The notes under the pieces were generated by a model. The model was not told where the DNA came from and did no database searches. It saw only the letters and a program-made list of their open reading frames with translations. A stretch of 64,000 nucleotides of DNA from Eledone cirrhosa (lineage: Eukaryota). The translations under genes and the position numbers were made by a program. The stretch covers positions 396,862,001 to 396,926,000 of the forward strand of contig OZ024741.1 in NCBI GenBank assembly GCA_964016885.1. Reading direction: 5' to 3'. Within the stretch, counting starts at the first letter, position 1, and every line of letters starts with the position of its first letter. Below, piece by piece: positions 27,367 through 41,923 of the stretch.

Positions 27367-27508
27367 TTTAATATTGCAACATTAAAAGAATATATCCTTC
27401 TGATAGTACTTTGCTACAGAGAATGTAAACATATATATATATATGTTTACATTCTCTGTAGCAAAGTACTATCAGAAGGATATATTCTTTTAATGTTGCA
27501 ATATTAAA
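27367..27508. repeat. Perfect ~140 bp palindrome centred on (AT)n
   Basis: TTTAATATTGCAAC...GTAAAC-(AT)n-GTTTAC...GTTGCAATATTAAA. Confidence 0.92.
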
Positions 27509-27589
27509 GAATATGTAAAGGTAGGGGTGAATAACCGAGCTAACACCAGAGCAAAAGACAGCAGCGTCGCGAGGAGTACGGGGCAACCT

Positions 27590-27830
27590 CTCTAATGATT
27601 TTTGAGGCAAGCCATCACACTCGCAGCGTTGCCTCGGGTGATGGCGAGGCTAATGCGCTGGAACAACCAAGCGCCCTGCGCGAGATTCACCAGTTACCTC
27701 TATTAGGCGAGCCACCAGTGAAGAGAGGAACCTCGCAGTCAGCGGCCCGACACCCCCAACTATCTATGTATCAATTAGTGAATCTGGACCCGTGTAGACC
27801 CCACGGGAATGATCTGCACCAACAATAGTC
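27590..27830 (-). mobile_element. CRE-like non-LTR retrotransposon 3' fragment
   Basis: Minus strand encodes AWLFQRISLAITRGNAASV, a C-terminal motif of CRE-clade REL endonucleases. Confidence 0.6.
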
Positions 27831-28321
27831 TATTTGTAGCTAGATTTTAACAGATAGTGGAAGCAATAAACGGTACTCTGAATGTGTGTGTGTGTGTGTG
27901 ATATAAACAGTTTGATGACAGCTACATTCAAGATAACTGCAAAAACAACAACAACAACAACACCGACCACATCAGCTACATTGGCCGTTGTAGTAGCAGT
28001 GATCGTAATAACTTGCTAATGGCAACAACGGTCAAGCTCTGCTGCTTGTGTACCCGGAGAGGTTGTCAACTAAATAACTATCAGCTCTATATCCTCGAAA
28101 CGGTCAGATCACTGTATAAATAATCCTTTCTTCGTATATTAATAGATATATGTAGCATATTATTTCATTGATCTAAGATACACAATCACTTGACCGATCA
28201 AAGTGTGCATACATTTTGGGGGGACACCCTGTATATATATAGGAGCTGGACATATCGATGTATTGACGGAGTAAAACACACTTCAACAACATGTGTACAT
28301 GTCTTTCCCACACCAATTCGG

Positions 28322-28376
28322 ACTGCCTGAAGAGGTCACAGCGAATGATGATTGGCGCCGAAATATATATAGCAGT
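28322..28376 (+). ncRNA. Type I hammerhead ribozyme motif
   Basis: ACTGC-CTGAAGA-GG...CC-GAAAT-ATAT-ATA-GCAGT, with a perfect 5-bp stem I and palindromic stem III. Confidence 0.65.
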
Positions 28377-28459
28377 ATATCTATAATTTATAATAAACGA
28401 AGCCAAATTTTACATATTTGACTTAATTATTTTATATATATAAATATATATAAATCAGA

Positions 28460-28780
28460 AAATCATATTGGTGGTCTCCCCACAGCCCCGGTGCACAGAA
28501 CGGAGAAGGTGTTTCCCCGGAGGACGGCAAGGGAGACGCCTGGAAAAGCTATTCCAGCTCGTCAGGCTCACACCTGCGGCTAGCCAGCTCAGCGCCTATC
28601 GTGGTGAGTAGGGAGGTAGCCCTAGGGCCGAAGATACCAGAAGTCTCAACTGCCAAGGGTACAAACGCAAACCTGTCGGAGAGCGACCGGTATTTGGAGA
28701 GTTTGGCCTTCTCAGCCCGACGTGCAGCAGAACCTGGGTTAGTCGCAGACTGCACCAGGTTGCGGCTGGAGAAACCTATA
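28460..28780 (-). mobile_element. CRE-like non-LTR retrotransposon fragment (restriction-like endonuclease)
   Basis: SAARRAEKAKLSKYRSLSDRFAFVPLAVETSGIFGP has the REL E..K..KY and F.PLAVET.G motifs. Confidence 0.78.
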
Positions 28781-29065
28781 TCTTCACCCGACAGCCAGGC
28801 AGCGGCAACAACAACACTAGTAATGAAATCGGTTACGACGAGGGCAACAAAAAATGCTTTGGTGGAATGGAATGTGTTGCTGTAAATAAATTCCCAAGTA
28901 CTAATTGTTTCTACCCTGGTCAAGCTTTGCATTAGATCATAGCCAGTACAACTACGTTTCTTTCTTAATGTTATTCTTAACCAAATCTCCATCGTAACAA
29001 CAAACTACGAATGTAGAGAGCTTTCTCCTGCTTACTCTTGTTTTTACCAAAACAGTCTCTACTGA

Positions 29066-29099
<34 letters not shown>

Positions 29100-29120
29100 A
29101 CACACACACACATATACATA

Positions 29121-29203
<83 letters not shown>

Positions 29204-29776
29204 ACACACATATACATATACTTATACATATGCATATGTGTGTGTGTATTACATATATATGAAATATCAATGAAGTGACAAAAATTTAGATTCAAACCAG
29301 AAATTGAAACCGTGTCGTAAGATTAAATACTTGAAAATGTGGAGATGTTATCGTCGTTTAGCGGAACACCTGTAGCATGTTATTGATTGATATTTTTATG
29401 AACTTAATATCGTTTTATTTTTAACAATATACTATTGATTGGCTAGTAGCAGCAGGTGGTGACATCAATGGATTGGTGTAGATCTATCAGGTGAACAATC
29501 GATAGTTGGTGTTTTATCACTTACAGACCTGACCCCAATATATTTAAACTATCGCCGACCCCTTCCTCCCAACTGAACCCTATTTAAATAAGCTATGGGT
29601 TTAGTTATTGTTGATGTTGTTCGCTTCGATTTCAATCCTATGATATAAAGAGCCCTAGTGGTAAATATCCTGTGTTTAAAAGCTGGTAGGCAGTGGTGTT
29701 CAGCTCTACGCCAGACAATCATCCGTTGAGACAAACCTATCAGACTGTATCATATATTAAACACACATACACACAT

Positions 29777-29810
<34 letters not shown>

Positions 29811-29813
<3 letters not shown>

Positions 29814-30010
29814 AGTTTGAAGAACAGATAAAATTTACCGAAATTTTCTTCTTAGTAGAAATTAACTAGATAAATAATCAATTAAACAGTGCCATTATTT
29901 CTTCAAACTTACATTTCAAACTTAGCTCCGCTTAATTGATTATTTAGTTAATTCCTACTGACTAAGAAGAAAAATTAGGCAAATTTTGTCTACCTGTTGT
30001 TCAAACCTAT
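29811..30010. repeat. Decayed fold-back inverted repeat next to (TA)n
   Basis: ATAAGTTTGAAGAACAG...TAATCAATTAA versus TTAATTGATTA...CTGTTGTTCAAACCTAT. Confidence 0.65.
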
Positions 30011-30546
30011 AATTTTATATAGCTCTGATAAGTGATAATTTATTTAATTGATTGAGCCACACCGTTGAAGGTGGGCTACACTCATATATGTATCTATGAT
30101 TATGTTTAAATATATATGTGTTCCTTATGACTTTATATATATATATATAAATCTTTACCTGGGTCCTGTATTTTCGTTGCTCTAGTGATGCGGTCGGACT
30201 GCCGACTGCTATATCTAATTTGCTAAGCTGTCTGAACATAATGTTATACTCTGGGGTCTTACCTCATCTGAGTCGTAAAGCTACAAACTGAATAAGCATA
30301 CACGCTAGCTTGGCTGTATACTACAGCTTCGTCTATGCTGTACTAAAATTTTTATATATATATATATTAATGCGATGAAATACCAATGATCGTTGGCAAA
30401 TCACTGATGAGGGACTAATTTTATAATATGTATTCCATGTGCAACCATGCAGTATTCTTCTCCCCATGTTTTTCATATATATATATATATATATGAAAGA
30501 CGTAAAATAAGAGAATTATGAAAATCAACTTACTTACTAAAATTTC

Positions 30547-30627
30547 ACTCCAACTAATTAGTTTCTGTAAGGGAATAAATATGGTTACGGAACGTAATCA
30601 TAGAGAATCCTTACGTCATCAGGGAGT
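30547..30627 (-). ncRNA. Type I hammerhead motif with extended stem II (degenerate paralogue at 1073-1145)
   Basis: ACTCC-CTGATGA-C-GTAAGG...CCTTAC-A-GAAAC-TAATTA-GTT-GGAGT. Confidence 0.65.
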
Positions 30628-30645
30628 CTAATATATATATATATA

Positions 30646-31237
30646 TATTAAAATAACAGATTAAAGTTTAAGCAAAGAATCGCTGCTTTCACCCTTAACG
30701 GGATCTTCTGAAACTAACAAAGTCAATCTGTAAACGCAGAAGTGGATATTTAAAAAAACGTTGCAACCGGAGGAAGACAGGAAGACGATACTTTGGTTCG
30801 TGGAAACGTTCCCTGGCAAAGAACGGGAAAAACGAATATAATACCTCATTATTTGGAGCGGTGAAAAACAATTACACGCAAAGACAGAACCACGTCTGTG
30901 GTGTGGTTCTGTCTTTGCGTGTAATTGTTTTTCACCGCTCCAAATAATGAGGTATTATATTCGTTTTTCCCGTTCTTTGCCAGGGAACGTTTCCACGAAC
31001 CAAAGTATCGTCTTCCTGTCTTCCTCCGGTTGCAACGTTTTTTGAAATATTTACTTCTGCGTTCACAGATTGACTTTGTTAGTTTCAGAAGATCCCGTTA
31101 AGGGTGAAAGCAGCGATTCTTTGCTTAAACTTTAATCTGTTATTTTAATAAATATTTGCTCTACGGTTCTTATATATTCGATATATATTTATCCTTATCG
31201 AGCCCTCTTTGGTTTTAGTTTTCAAATGTATTATTAT

Positions 31238-31240
<3 letters not shown>
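30646..31240. mobile_element. Fold-back PLE-type element, ~245 bp near-perfect arms, in (TA)n
   Basis: 30646-30890 is the reverse complement of 30906-31150. The right arm continues into an AATAAA-containing tail. Hammerhead-like GTTT-CAGAAGA-T-CCC-GTTAA-GGG-T-GAAAGCA..TGCTT-AAAC at 31082-31130. Confidence 0.88.
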
Positions 31241-31312
<72 letters not shown>

Positions 31313-31474
31313 AGATGACATTATTGAAAAAAAATGACATTATTCAATAATGTCACTTTGACGAATCAAAGAAAGGATAAAAAAAGAAAAACAGACCCTT
31401 AAATATATTTTTCGTGCTATTTCCAACTTCACCGTTTCTCTATATCCACTATTTTGTATAGAACCTTACTTCCC

Positions 31475-31548
<74 letters not shown>

Positions 31549-31599
31549 TGTATGTATGTATGTATGTATGTATGTATGTATATATATGTATGTGTGTGT

Positions 31600-32210
31600 A
31601 TGTCAGGGCACCAGTTGGTGCTACTGATAACATGTATTCCAGTACAACCTGTCCGATGGTCGGGTCGTTGGCGACTAAACTGGCAACCCCACCAAGGTTT
31701 CTTGGTGAGGAGGGTGACTTTGGACATCCTGCAGGACTAAAAACAAAACCTGTCAAAGGGCAAAGGAGCTTTTAAGAGTCAATGGCCATCCAAAATCACC
31801 GGGAGAGATGACCCCTTAGCCTTTGTCAAGGCAGAATTCTAGGAGAAGGAAAACTCTGATATAACACCTGCAACCCTGATGGTATCCAATGATGTTGACT
31901 TGTTCTTCTTTTTAGTAAATATCATCTTGGTTAAGAGAGTGGGACTGGCTTTGTGCAGTGCCTTTGCTCACTATAAAAGCTTCACGGCACAAGCATTGCT
32001 TTATATCTGGAGATCTCTTTGCACTTGTCGTTACATGGTACCATGGGCCCAGCACTATGTGTCAATAATTGTCACAAGTGTAGTGTTCGTACCAGAGTTT
32101 TCAAGTCACTGGCTGGACTAAAAAGTCACACTCGTTCAGCGCATCGGTAGGGGTTCTCCTACATGGATATAAAGTAGTGGCCGTACTCGAAAACGAGTTG
32201 GCAGCTACCA
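31600..32210 (+). mobile_element. Probable non-autonomous RTE-related retroelement in (TATG)n
   Basis: GC-richer block bounded by (TATG)n. The resemblance to RTE 5'/3' ends is from memory only. Confidence 0.35.
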
Positions 32211-32229
32211 TATGTATGTGTATATATAT

Positions 32230-32845
32230 ATGTATGGTTAACGAAGGGTAAATGTAAGATATTGTTAGAAGGATTAACATGGTTGTTAGATGAATTATAA
32301 CAATTGTTATATATAAAGGTTTACTTCACTTTAATCAAAAAGTACAATAAAACAGTTACCAAAAGTTGAGAAGGTTGACAATGGTATTTTGTTGTTGATG
32401 TGATTACAGCGAGCGAGCAGATACGATTTGTTGGTGGTTAAAGTTTATTGCAGTCGTCATAGTAGTTCTCGTCGTGAGTCTGAGACCATAGTGAGTGAGA
32501 GAGAGTAATGGTCTGTAATTGATTGTAGACCACTGTGGCTTGTACATAGCGGTGAATCTTTCCCATAGCGGGTCTGTAGTAGTAGGGCTCCGATCGCTCT
32601 GTATTTCTGTAGACCCCTGTGGCCTGAAGCTAGCGGTGAATCTTTACATAGCCTGTTGTGTATCGTAGTGCTCCAATGTCTCTCCCTAAAGTGGGATGAT
32701 ACAGGCTTTATATACATGTCGCTTCCTGTCTCCCACCTTGAGGGGATAGCCCACGCATGAACCTGTTCACACCAAAAGGCTGGTGACCTAGAATTTGACC
32801 TTTAGGTGTCACCCAAGGTTCAAGGCGCGGACAGACTTCGCTACA
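32230..32845 (-). mobile_element. Possible solo LTR
   Basis: Minus strand starts TGTAGCG, has TATATAAA followed by AATAAA, and contains internal direct repeats. The left boundary is unclear. Confidence 0.35.
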
Positions 32846-32849
32846 TATG

Positions 32850-32920
<71 letters not shown>

Positions 32921-33125
32921 AAAAAAAACAGAAAATGCTAAAGGGATTTTCTCTCAGAATAACAGCAAAACATGAAGCGTTTTGCTTTGGAACACAACGC
33001 ACAACCCAGTCCAGGAATTGAAACCATAACATTAGGCCACGCGCCTCCACGTTCTTTATACTGTGGTGATGAAATAAAGATGTAAGTCAGATATTTAAAG
33101 GTACGCTGTTGGTATTTATAACTTA

Positions 33126-34122
33126 CTAGCAGCAGGACCTGGCGTTGCACGGGGTAGGAAACGTGAAATAACAACATGCATATGCAAATATTGAGGAATG
33201 TAGCTGTGTACTTTTTGAATTCCCTTATTTTCGGGGAATGATTGAGGAGCGACGTAGTCAATTGTGTGAAAACCAAGTAGGGATGTACATTTAAGTAGGG
33301 ATATTGAGATGACGAAATCAGCGTGGTAACGCAGCTGCAGCAGAAGAGGGTCATAGTGCAATTAGCACAAACACAGGGCGGCACTGGTTGCGCTGCATTT
33401 ACACAGCAACAAAGGTGCGACAAAAGGGGTCACCGCGGAATTAGCACAACCGCTGTTCAGCGTACTTGCGTTGGGCGTTAATACTGCGGTGTAGGTGCAA
33501 CAAAAGGGGTCTTAGTAGAAGTAGCACAGACGTGAGTTTTACGGTATCAATAACACGGCAACGTACACAGGGCCCGGATTTGCGCGTGATGAAAGCACGA
33601 AGCGTCAACAGGGCGCCGACAAAAATTTTAAGGTCCTCCTCATTTCCTCAATCCTCCCAAAATGGTCCTGCTTAAAAGTAAGTAAGTGTTGTGTCCTCTG
33701 TTAAATAAACCAAATTTTTAACGAAATATTATACGCTACTTACGATGTTTAAGTAGCGTTTATATGGAAAATGAAAATGGCATGTAATGCCTAATACTAA
33801 TTCGTAAATTTCCTAAAAACCATTAATGGAATCGGAAATTGTTTTTTTTTTGTCCACAGCAATGCGAGGTCACTAACTAATGTGTTCTGCAAATTATGAG
33901 GAAATCGGCTGGATTATCTTTAAGTTACGCCTCAAAAAAAGCCTAAAAATTTCTAAAAAATGCGATTTTTCGCCTAATGCGAGTTCAATTTGTTTAGCCC
34001 TTTGCACTTCAAGAAATATAAGTAACGCATGTGTAAATTTTGAAAACAATCGGTTGGGTACTTCTCGAGTTTTAGGGATTTACACAGACAGACAGACATC
34101 CTCTGTTTTATATATATACAGA
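33126..34122 (-). mobile_element. Non-autonomous Helitron
   Basis: Minus strand has 5' TC(TG)TATATATA, (CTGT)n and 3' CCCGTGCAACGCCAGG...CTAG. Confidence 0.78.
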
Positions 34123-34189
34123 TTTTACATTCATTTTCCTTAGAATTTAGTTATTAAAGTCTACGTGTACTAAATTAGTTATACTTCTA

Positions 34190-34580
34190 CTCTCGGATCT
34201 CGAATAATCGACTCCCACCCCGCTTATTAATTTTTCATATTTATTCCCACCCACCCCGTTCTTAGTCAGCCCCTCCCCCCATTCTTATTCCAACCTCCCC
34301 CGACTTATCAAATTTTGCTAATCTATCTGCGACGAAATTTTATTTTAAGTCGTAGCATTCCTGCGACAATCAGTTTCTTTAGACATCAAAAAACGTTATA
34401 CATGATTAAATAAAGTTTAACCAATGCGTTATAAATAAATAGGATGGGTTGGGGTCTCAGTATGTAAACTAAACGACTAATTCTGGTTTTAAAAAAATTC
34501 AACGGAGATAATATCGGAAAATTACTGATTTTCCACCCAGCCCTGCTTTTTCCACCTCCCTATTATTTGGGACCAGAGAG
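34190..34580. mobile_element. MITE (Tc1/mariner-type, TA flanks)
   Basis: Imperfect TIRs CTCTCGGATCTCGAATAAT / ATTATTTGGGACCAGAGAG, with TA on both sides. Confidence 0.6.
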
Positions 34581-35888
34581 TACATTATATAAAATATTTT
34601 AACAAGCTTTTATAAAATTCTAAATAATATTTAATTATAAGAATACAATATGATTTTTTAAACATCAAATGGCTATGGGGGTGGGGGTCAACAAGAGTAA
34701 AATAGGAATCAAAGGGCTCAATAGGTAAATAGTTTGAGAACCACTGATCAATAGTTTTCCACACTTGGCAATCTTATCCTGTGTAAAGTTGGTAAGATGT
34801 TATAAGGAGGTGATATTGTGGTTACTATTTCTAGCATGTCGACTGACCAGGTAAAGGCTTCGTTGCTGCCGCGTATTCTGTATTTCAATGAAGCTATTGG
34901 TGATTGAAATAATCTATGATCAATGCAGATAGATCGATACCATCCCACCTGTATCTCAGACAATATACCCCTGGGCCATCTCTAAGACGGCAGAGTAGGA
35001 TTTGTGGGAGATGTGGCTACAAGGCCGACCAAGACGAGTTATCATCGCCATCAGTAGAGAAGACAATAAATATTTAGTTTCCAGCAGTCCTTCTCCACTA
35101 CTGAAAGAGTCAACAAACCGTCCACAGCTTAAAATTAGAGACCTTTAACTGTTTCAAACAGATTTTACTGTTTGAATCTAGGACCCTGGTCTGATAATAG
35201 TTAACACCGTACCTGATGCTAAACATACCCCTAAACAATAAAGTTAGCACGTGTTTTCTCTATAATCACTACTATTAATATTACCACAACTACAACTGCG
35301 CCATTTGATGGAAAAGGGCGTGCCATTGTTCTTAAGGCCCCTTTTCCATCAAATGGCGCATTTTGAAAAGATCTACTGCCTACGTAAATGGCTCGAAATT
35401 TTGTCGGCTTTGTAATTCCGAAAAATGGTGGATACTCTCTCAATAAGCTTCGGATAAGCACTGCCTCAACACACGACTCGATTGCTTTGGCGGTTGTCTC
35501 CATGTGAAGAAATATATTTTGGATAAATGGCTTAGGCCTGACTAACAAATCCAGAAGTATCTTTTGATTTACTGACTATATTGTAATTCAGTGAAATTGA
35601 ATCTTCGGAGTCAACTAGAAGAAATTATTGTGCTTCAATCTTCATTCGAGATTTACTGTTGTCTCTGAAGAGTTACCTCCCTTCTAACTTACCCTATGTT
35701 TTTTAAAGTTCCCCTTTTTCTATACTATTTTCTAAATTACCTGCCCCTGCGTAAACTCTTTTGTTATATCCCACAGGGAAAGCACAATCAACCATAGGCG
35801 GTCATCTTTCTTTTTTCTCATGACAGGCTGAATGAATTGGGGTGAAACTAATAAGACTTTTTGTACCTCGGTTTGTTGTCTCCTTGAA

Positions 35889-35949
<61 letters not shown>

Positions 35950-36099
35950 TTCACACATACTGACCCCCGAATAACATCTGGCTGCTATTTCTCTTTATCT
36001 CGGTTGGTGTCAGTAGGCTAGAGAGGCTGGCCAGCCTGAGGTGAAGTGAGGTAAGTTTATCTTTGGGTCATTCGACGCTGGTAACTCGGAAGAGAAGTA

Positions 36100-36415
36100 T
36101 CACTTCGATACACTCAAGCAGCTCCCATGACTTTCGGAAACATTTTTTCACGCTTACAGTTGCTGAAGCATGGAACAAACTGCCTGCGTCAGTTGTTAGC
36201 TGCCGAGACACTGCATCCTTTAAAACCCTCATGCTTCCCGAAATTCGCCAAAACTACACTTGATGTCCCCCTTCCATACACATGCACACATGTGTATATC
36301 ATGACTCATGTACTGTTCATTTTCCTGACGTTTGTACATTACCCTATGAACTATACATACACTTTCGATGAGTTGTAGTGCACCTGAGCACTGTACACAA
36401 TATTTTCATTATTAT
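36100..36415 (+). mobile_element. CR1/L2-type LINE 3' end
   Basis: RKHFFTLTVAEAWNKLPASVVSCRDTASFK matches the CR1-group ORF2 C-terminal motif FF..RV...WN.LP..VV.....FK. Confidence 0.8.
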
Positions 36416-36456
36416 AAGTCGAAGTGATGTAGCATTTAGCAAAAAAAAATTTTTAC

Positions 36457-37513
<1,057 letters not shown>

Positions 37514-37541
37514 TATATACATTCATATACATATGCATACA

Positions 37542-37617
<76 letters not shown>

Positions 37618-37645
37618 TATATATATATAAATATAAATATATATA

Positions 37646-38391
<746 letters not shown>

Positions 38392-38787
38392 ATATTAGTC
38401 TAACGACTCCATTTATACCCTAAACTTGGTCTTGTCTTTGCATGAAATTGTTCTTTACGCTCCACATAACGACGTATTATCCTCGCTTTTTTCCCGTTCA
38501 TTGCCAGGGAATGTCTTCACGAACCAAAATATCGTTTATCCGACTACACACACAAAAAAGAAAAAAGGACAACTTAACATGCATACGCACATCCACACAT
38601 ATACATACAAATACCCACGCATAGGCCGATATACATACATTTACACATGCGTACGCATACATGCTGCCGCATGGATACACCTGTACGTATGCACATCTGC
38701 CTACACACACAGAAGTGCCACCACATATACATGTACATATATAAACACACCTGTAAAATATACAATGAAATATAATATACAATGTGG

Positions 38788-38844
<57 letters not shown>

Positions 38845-39272
38845 CCCTATTATACATATATACACACACACACACATATATACGCACCTACGTATATATA
38901 TACACACACACACATACACAGAGGCACACGTACACAGACTCATACGTACATATACACATATATACGGGTATGTATAGAGGATATGTGATAAAATAATACA
39001 ACATGAATAATAATAATCATGAAAAAAACCTATATAGTCCATATCTAAACATCCGCACACATTCCCAAGAGATGCACATAAACACATACATGTATGCACA
39101 AATACATATACACACATATAGAGGCCCGTAAATGCATGCACCTGCACCCACACACACATCCACATATATACACCCATACACATCCACACATATATACGCA
39201 CACTTACCCGCCCGTACACACACACACCTACTCATATGTGGCTATACGTACTTACTCACTCATACACATATA

Positions 39273-39324
<52 letters not shown>

Positions 39325-39639
39325 CATATATATGCTCATATATAGACAAACGTATACACACACCCCCACACACACATACACCCACATTCTGCCACATATG
39401 TATATATATGCACATGTCTGCACATACAGGCGCGCATAATCTCGTGCACCCACGCCCCCATGCCCATACACACACCCCAACACCCACCCAGGCATATATA
39501 TATATATACACATACATACGCATCTACACACACACACACGCGCGCATATACCCACACACATGTGTCCACACATAACAAAACTCGTGAACATAAACACAAT
39601 ATGATAATAAAATAAAATACGTAAATAAATTTACAATAT

Positions 39640-39930
39640 TTTAGGGTACATTAAATCTGACTATCTCCATAGCCTCGTGTAGGCACAGTCGGCACTTTCT
39701 ACTTCCGCTAACCTAGTGAAGTGCCTTTTGCTACGGTCCCTGAAGGAATTCGTGTGATTATACATCCGTGATTATACATCCGCGATTTAAAGGTCGTGGA
39801 TGTTGCGCCTATGTAGGTTCGATGCGCATTCTGGGTCGTAACCACACACTTGTATACTAAGTCCTTCATTAAGCATTTTCCCTGTAGGGGGCACTGGTGC
39901 CCGCTCTACTGTTGCAAGTTCTGCTGTCAT
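39640..39930 (-). pseudogene. Degraded PLE GIY-YIG endonuclease
   Basis: CPLQGKCLMKDLVYKCVVTTQNAHRTYIGATSTTFKSRMYNH and RKCRLCLHEAMEI, with frameshift and deletion. Confidence 0.75.
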
Positions 39931-40002
39931 TTCTTGTGCGTCCGATGTCCGGGCCCCGATCTGTAATGGCCCTCTGGAAAAATTCAACTACTCTTCTTCC
40001 AT

Positions 40003-41062
40003 GGTATAAACCACCTTTAAGGTGGGGAAAGGAAGCATTTATGTTGAAAAGAAGAAAGAGGCCCACAAGATCAGTAATTTGGGCAGAATCACTTGAGCTC
40101 ATAGTAATATCGAATAGATTACTATATGTGTTTCTGGTCCAGTATTCATTTTGAAATTCCAATAGTGTTAGTCTGGCATGTGTAATAATATTAATGTCAT
40201 CCAAAGTTAAGTTAGATCTATTTTTAGCAAATATCAAGGCTTTGTTCAGGAGTATAGGTGATATAGAAGAATAATAATTATCTATATCAAATTGTAGAAA
40301 TGAAGCAGAGGATCTATTTCTAATATTATTAAACCAGTTAATTACCTGGGATGTGTTTTCCCAGAGTGGTAAATTAACATGTTTTCTTAGTTGTGGGATG
40401 ACTCTATCTAAAAAAATGTTACTAATGATTCCAATATCAGATTTGGAAGGGCATATAAGCCTTATAGAAGGATTAGAGTTAAAGTTAGATTTATGATCTT
40501 TCAGGTTGAAATGTCGTCTTTTCAGTGCCAAAGGTTCAGTTCTATCTTCAATATTAAGTCTATTCACTATGTTGTGTGTTTTGTTGTTGATGTTGGTAAG
40601 TGACGCATTGTTTGTTTTTCTATAATTCTTCCTGAGTTCTATATATATGAACTCATTGTAATTTTCAATATCCATGTGATATAGATTTCCAGTTTTGTCC
40701 GAGTGGACATGGATTTTTTTAGATTTTTTTAGATCCAATAGGGTAGAATCAAGATCCTTTTGAAAATTAGATTTATACCTCTTAAATTTGAGATGTTTGA
40801 TTAAATTAAAAAGGTCTTTCTCAAAGTTTTCAAGTAAGGAGTTGTGTGGTGGATTTTTATATGTAGTGAAATCATATAAATACTTCTTATCAGTACATTT
40901 TGTTTTTTTATCGAAGTGGTAGGCCCTCCATCTGACCCTTCTGATAAATTGGTTGGTTTTTTGTATCATAAGAAGTAAGAAATCATCCTTAGAAGGTAAT
41001 GGTATATTCTTTAAAGAAGTTCCCAAGTATTGTTTTTCCATTGTGATATGGATAATGGACAA
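40003..41062 (-). pseudogene. PLE reverse transcriptase, N-terminal part (Naiad-like)
   Basis: SLKNIPLPS, RRVRWRAYHF, DKTGNLY, FLQFDIDNYYSSI and ITMSSSDSAQITDLVGL. Breaks off at GGLY just before the DD dyad. Confidence 0.88.
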
Positions 41063-41170
41063 GAAAAAGGGCTCAACTATTTATATATGGAGTTATAAAG
41101 TTATACACATATATATATATATATATAAATATATATACACATACACATACATATACAATCACAAAAATAA

Positions 41171-41879
41171 GAATATTCCCATAAAAGTTGTAACTGTAGA
41201 AACAAGGCAAACTGCCCATTAAAAGGAAATTGCTTTGTTAATAACATAGTATATAAATGTAAAGTTAACACTAAAGACTCAATTTATTCATATATAGGAG
41301 CTACCTCTAACAAATTTAAGGTAAGATTTAATACCCACAAACATAGCTTTAAAAATGCCGCACTAGCTAATACAACATCTCTAGCTGAAATAATTAATAA
41401 TTATAGAAAGAGGAATATAGATTATGACCTGACCTGGAGTGTGCTTAAAAGGGCCAGCCCTTATCAAAATAATAGATATGAATGTAGATTATGTTCCCAA
41501 GAACTTTTTGAAATAATGAAATCTAAGGATATCCTATTAAATAAGCGACAGGAATTAATAATATCGTGTAATCACAAACTGAGAAAAACCTTTAAATATT
41601 ATAAACCTAATTAATATACATCTTAGAAATTAATATATAAACTGGTTTTAATTTAGTTAACCTATAATTAATATTCTACTACTGATGAACTACATAATTT
41701 TACTTTCCTTCTTACAACTATCATTTCCTAAAACGGATACCATTAAGTAAACATATAGAATGCTTTAATTTCAGGTTGACTCTATGTTCCTTGAAATCTC
41801 TATATATTTATTATAAATTTAACTCCCCCCCCCCAATAATTATATGTATGTGTATGTATGTGTGTATATATATGTGTAT

Positions 41880-41923
<44 letters not shown>

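Noticed and set aside
30159-30231. Possible extra exon (AG...CAG|GTAAAG)
   Set aside because: Its only open frame ends in phase 0, which is incompatible with the phase-2 acceptor of exon 2, and the polypyrimidine tract is weak.
41171-41614. Selenoprotein-type Naiad PLE (UGA-encoded Sec)
   Set aside because: The conserved cysteines are TGT/TGC and no in-frame TGA is present.
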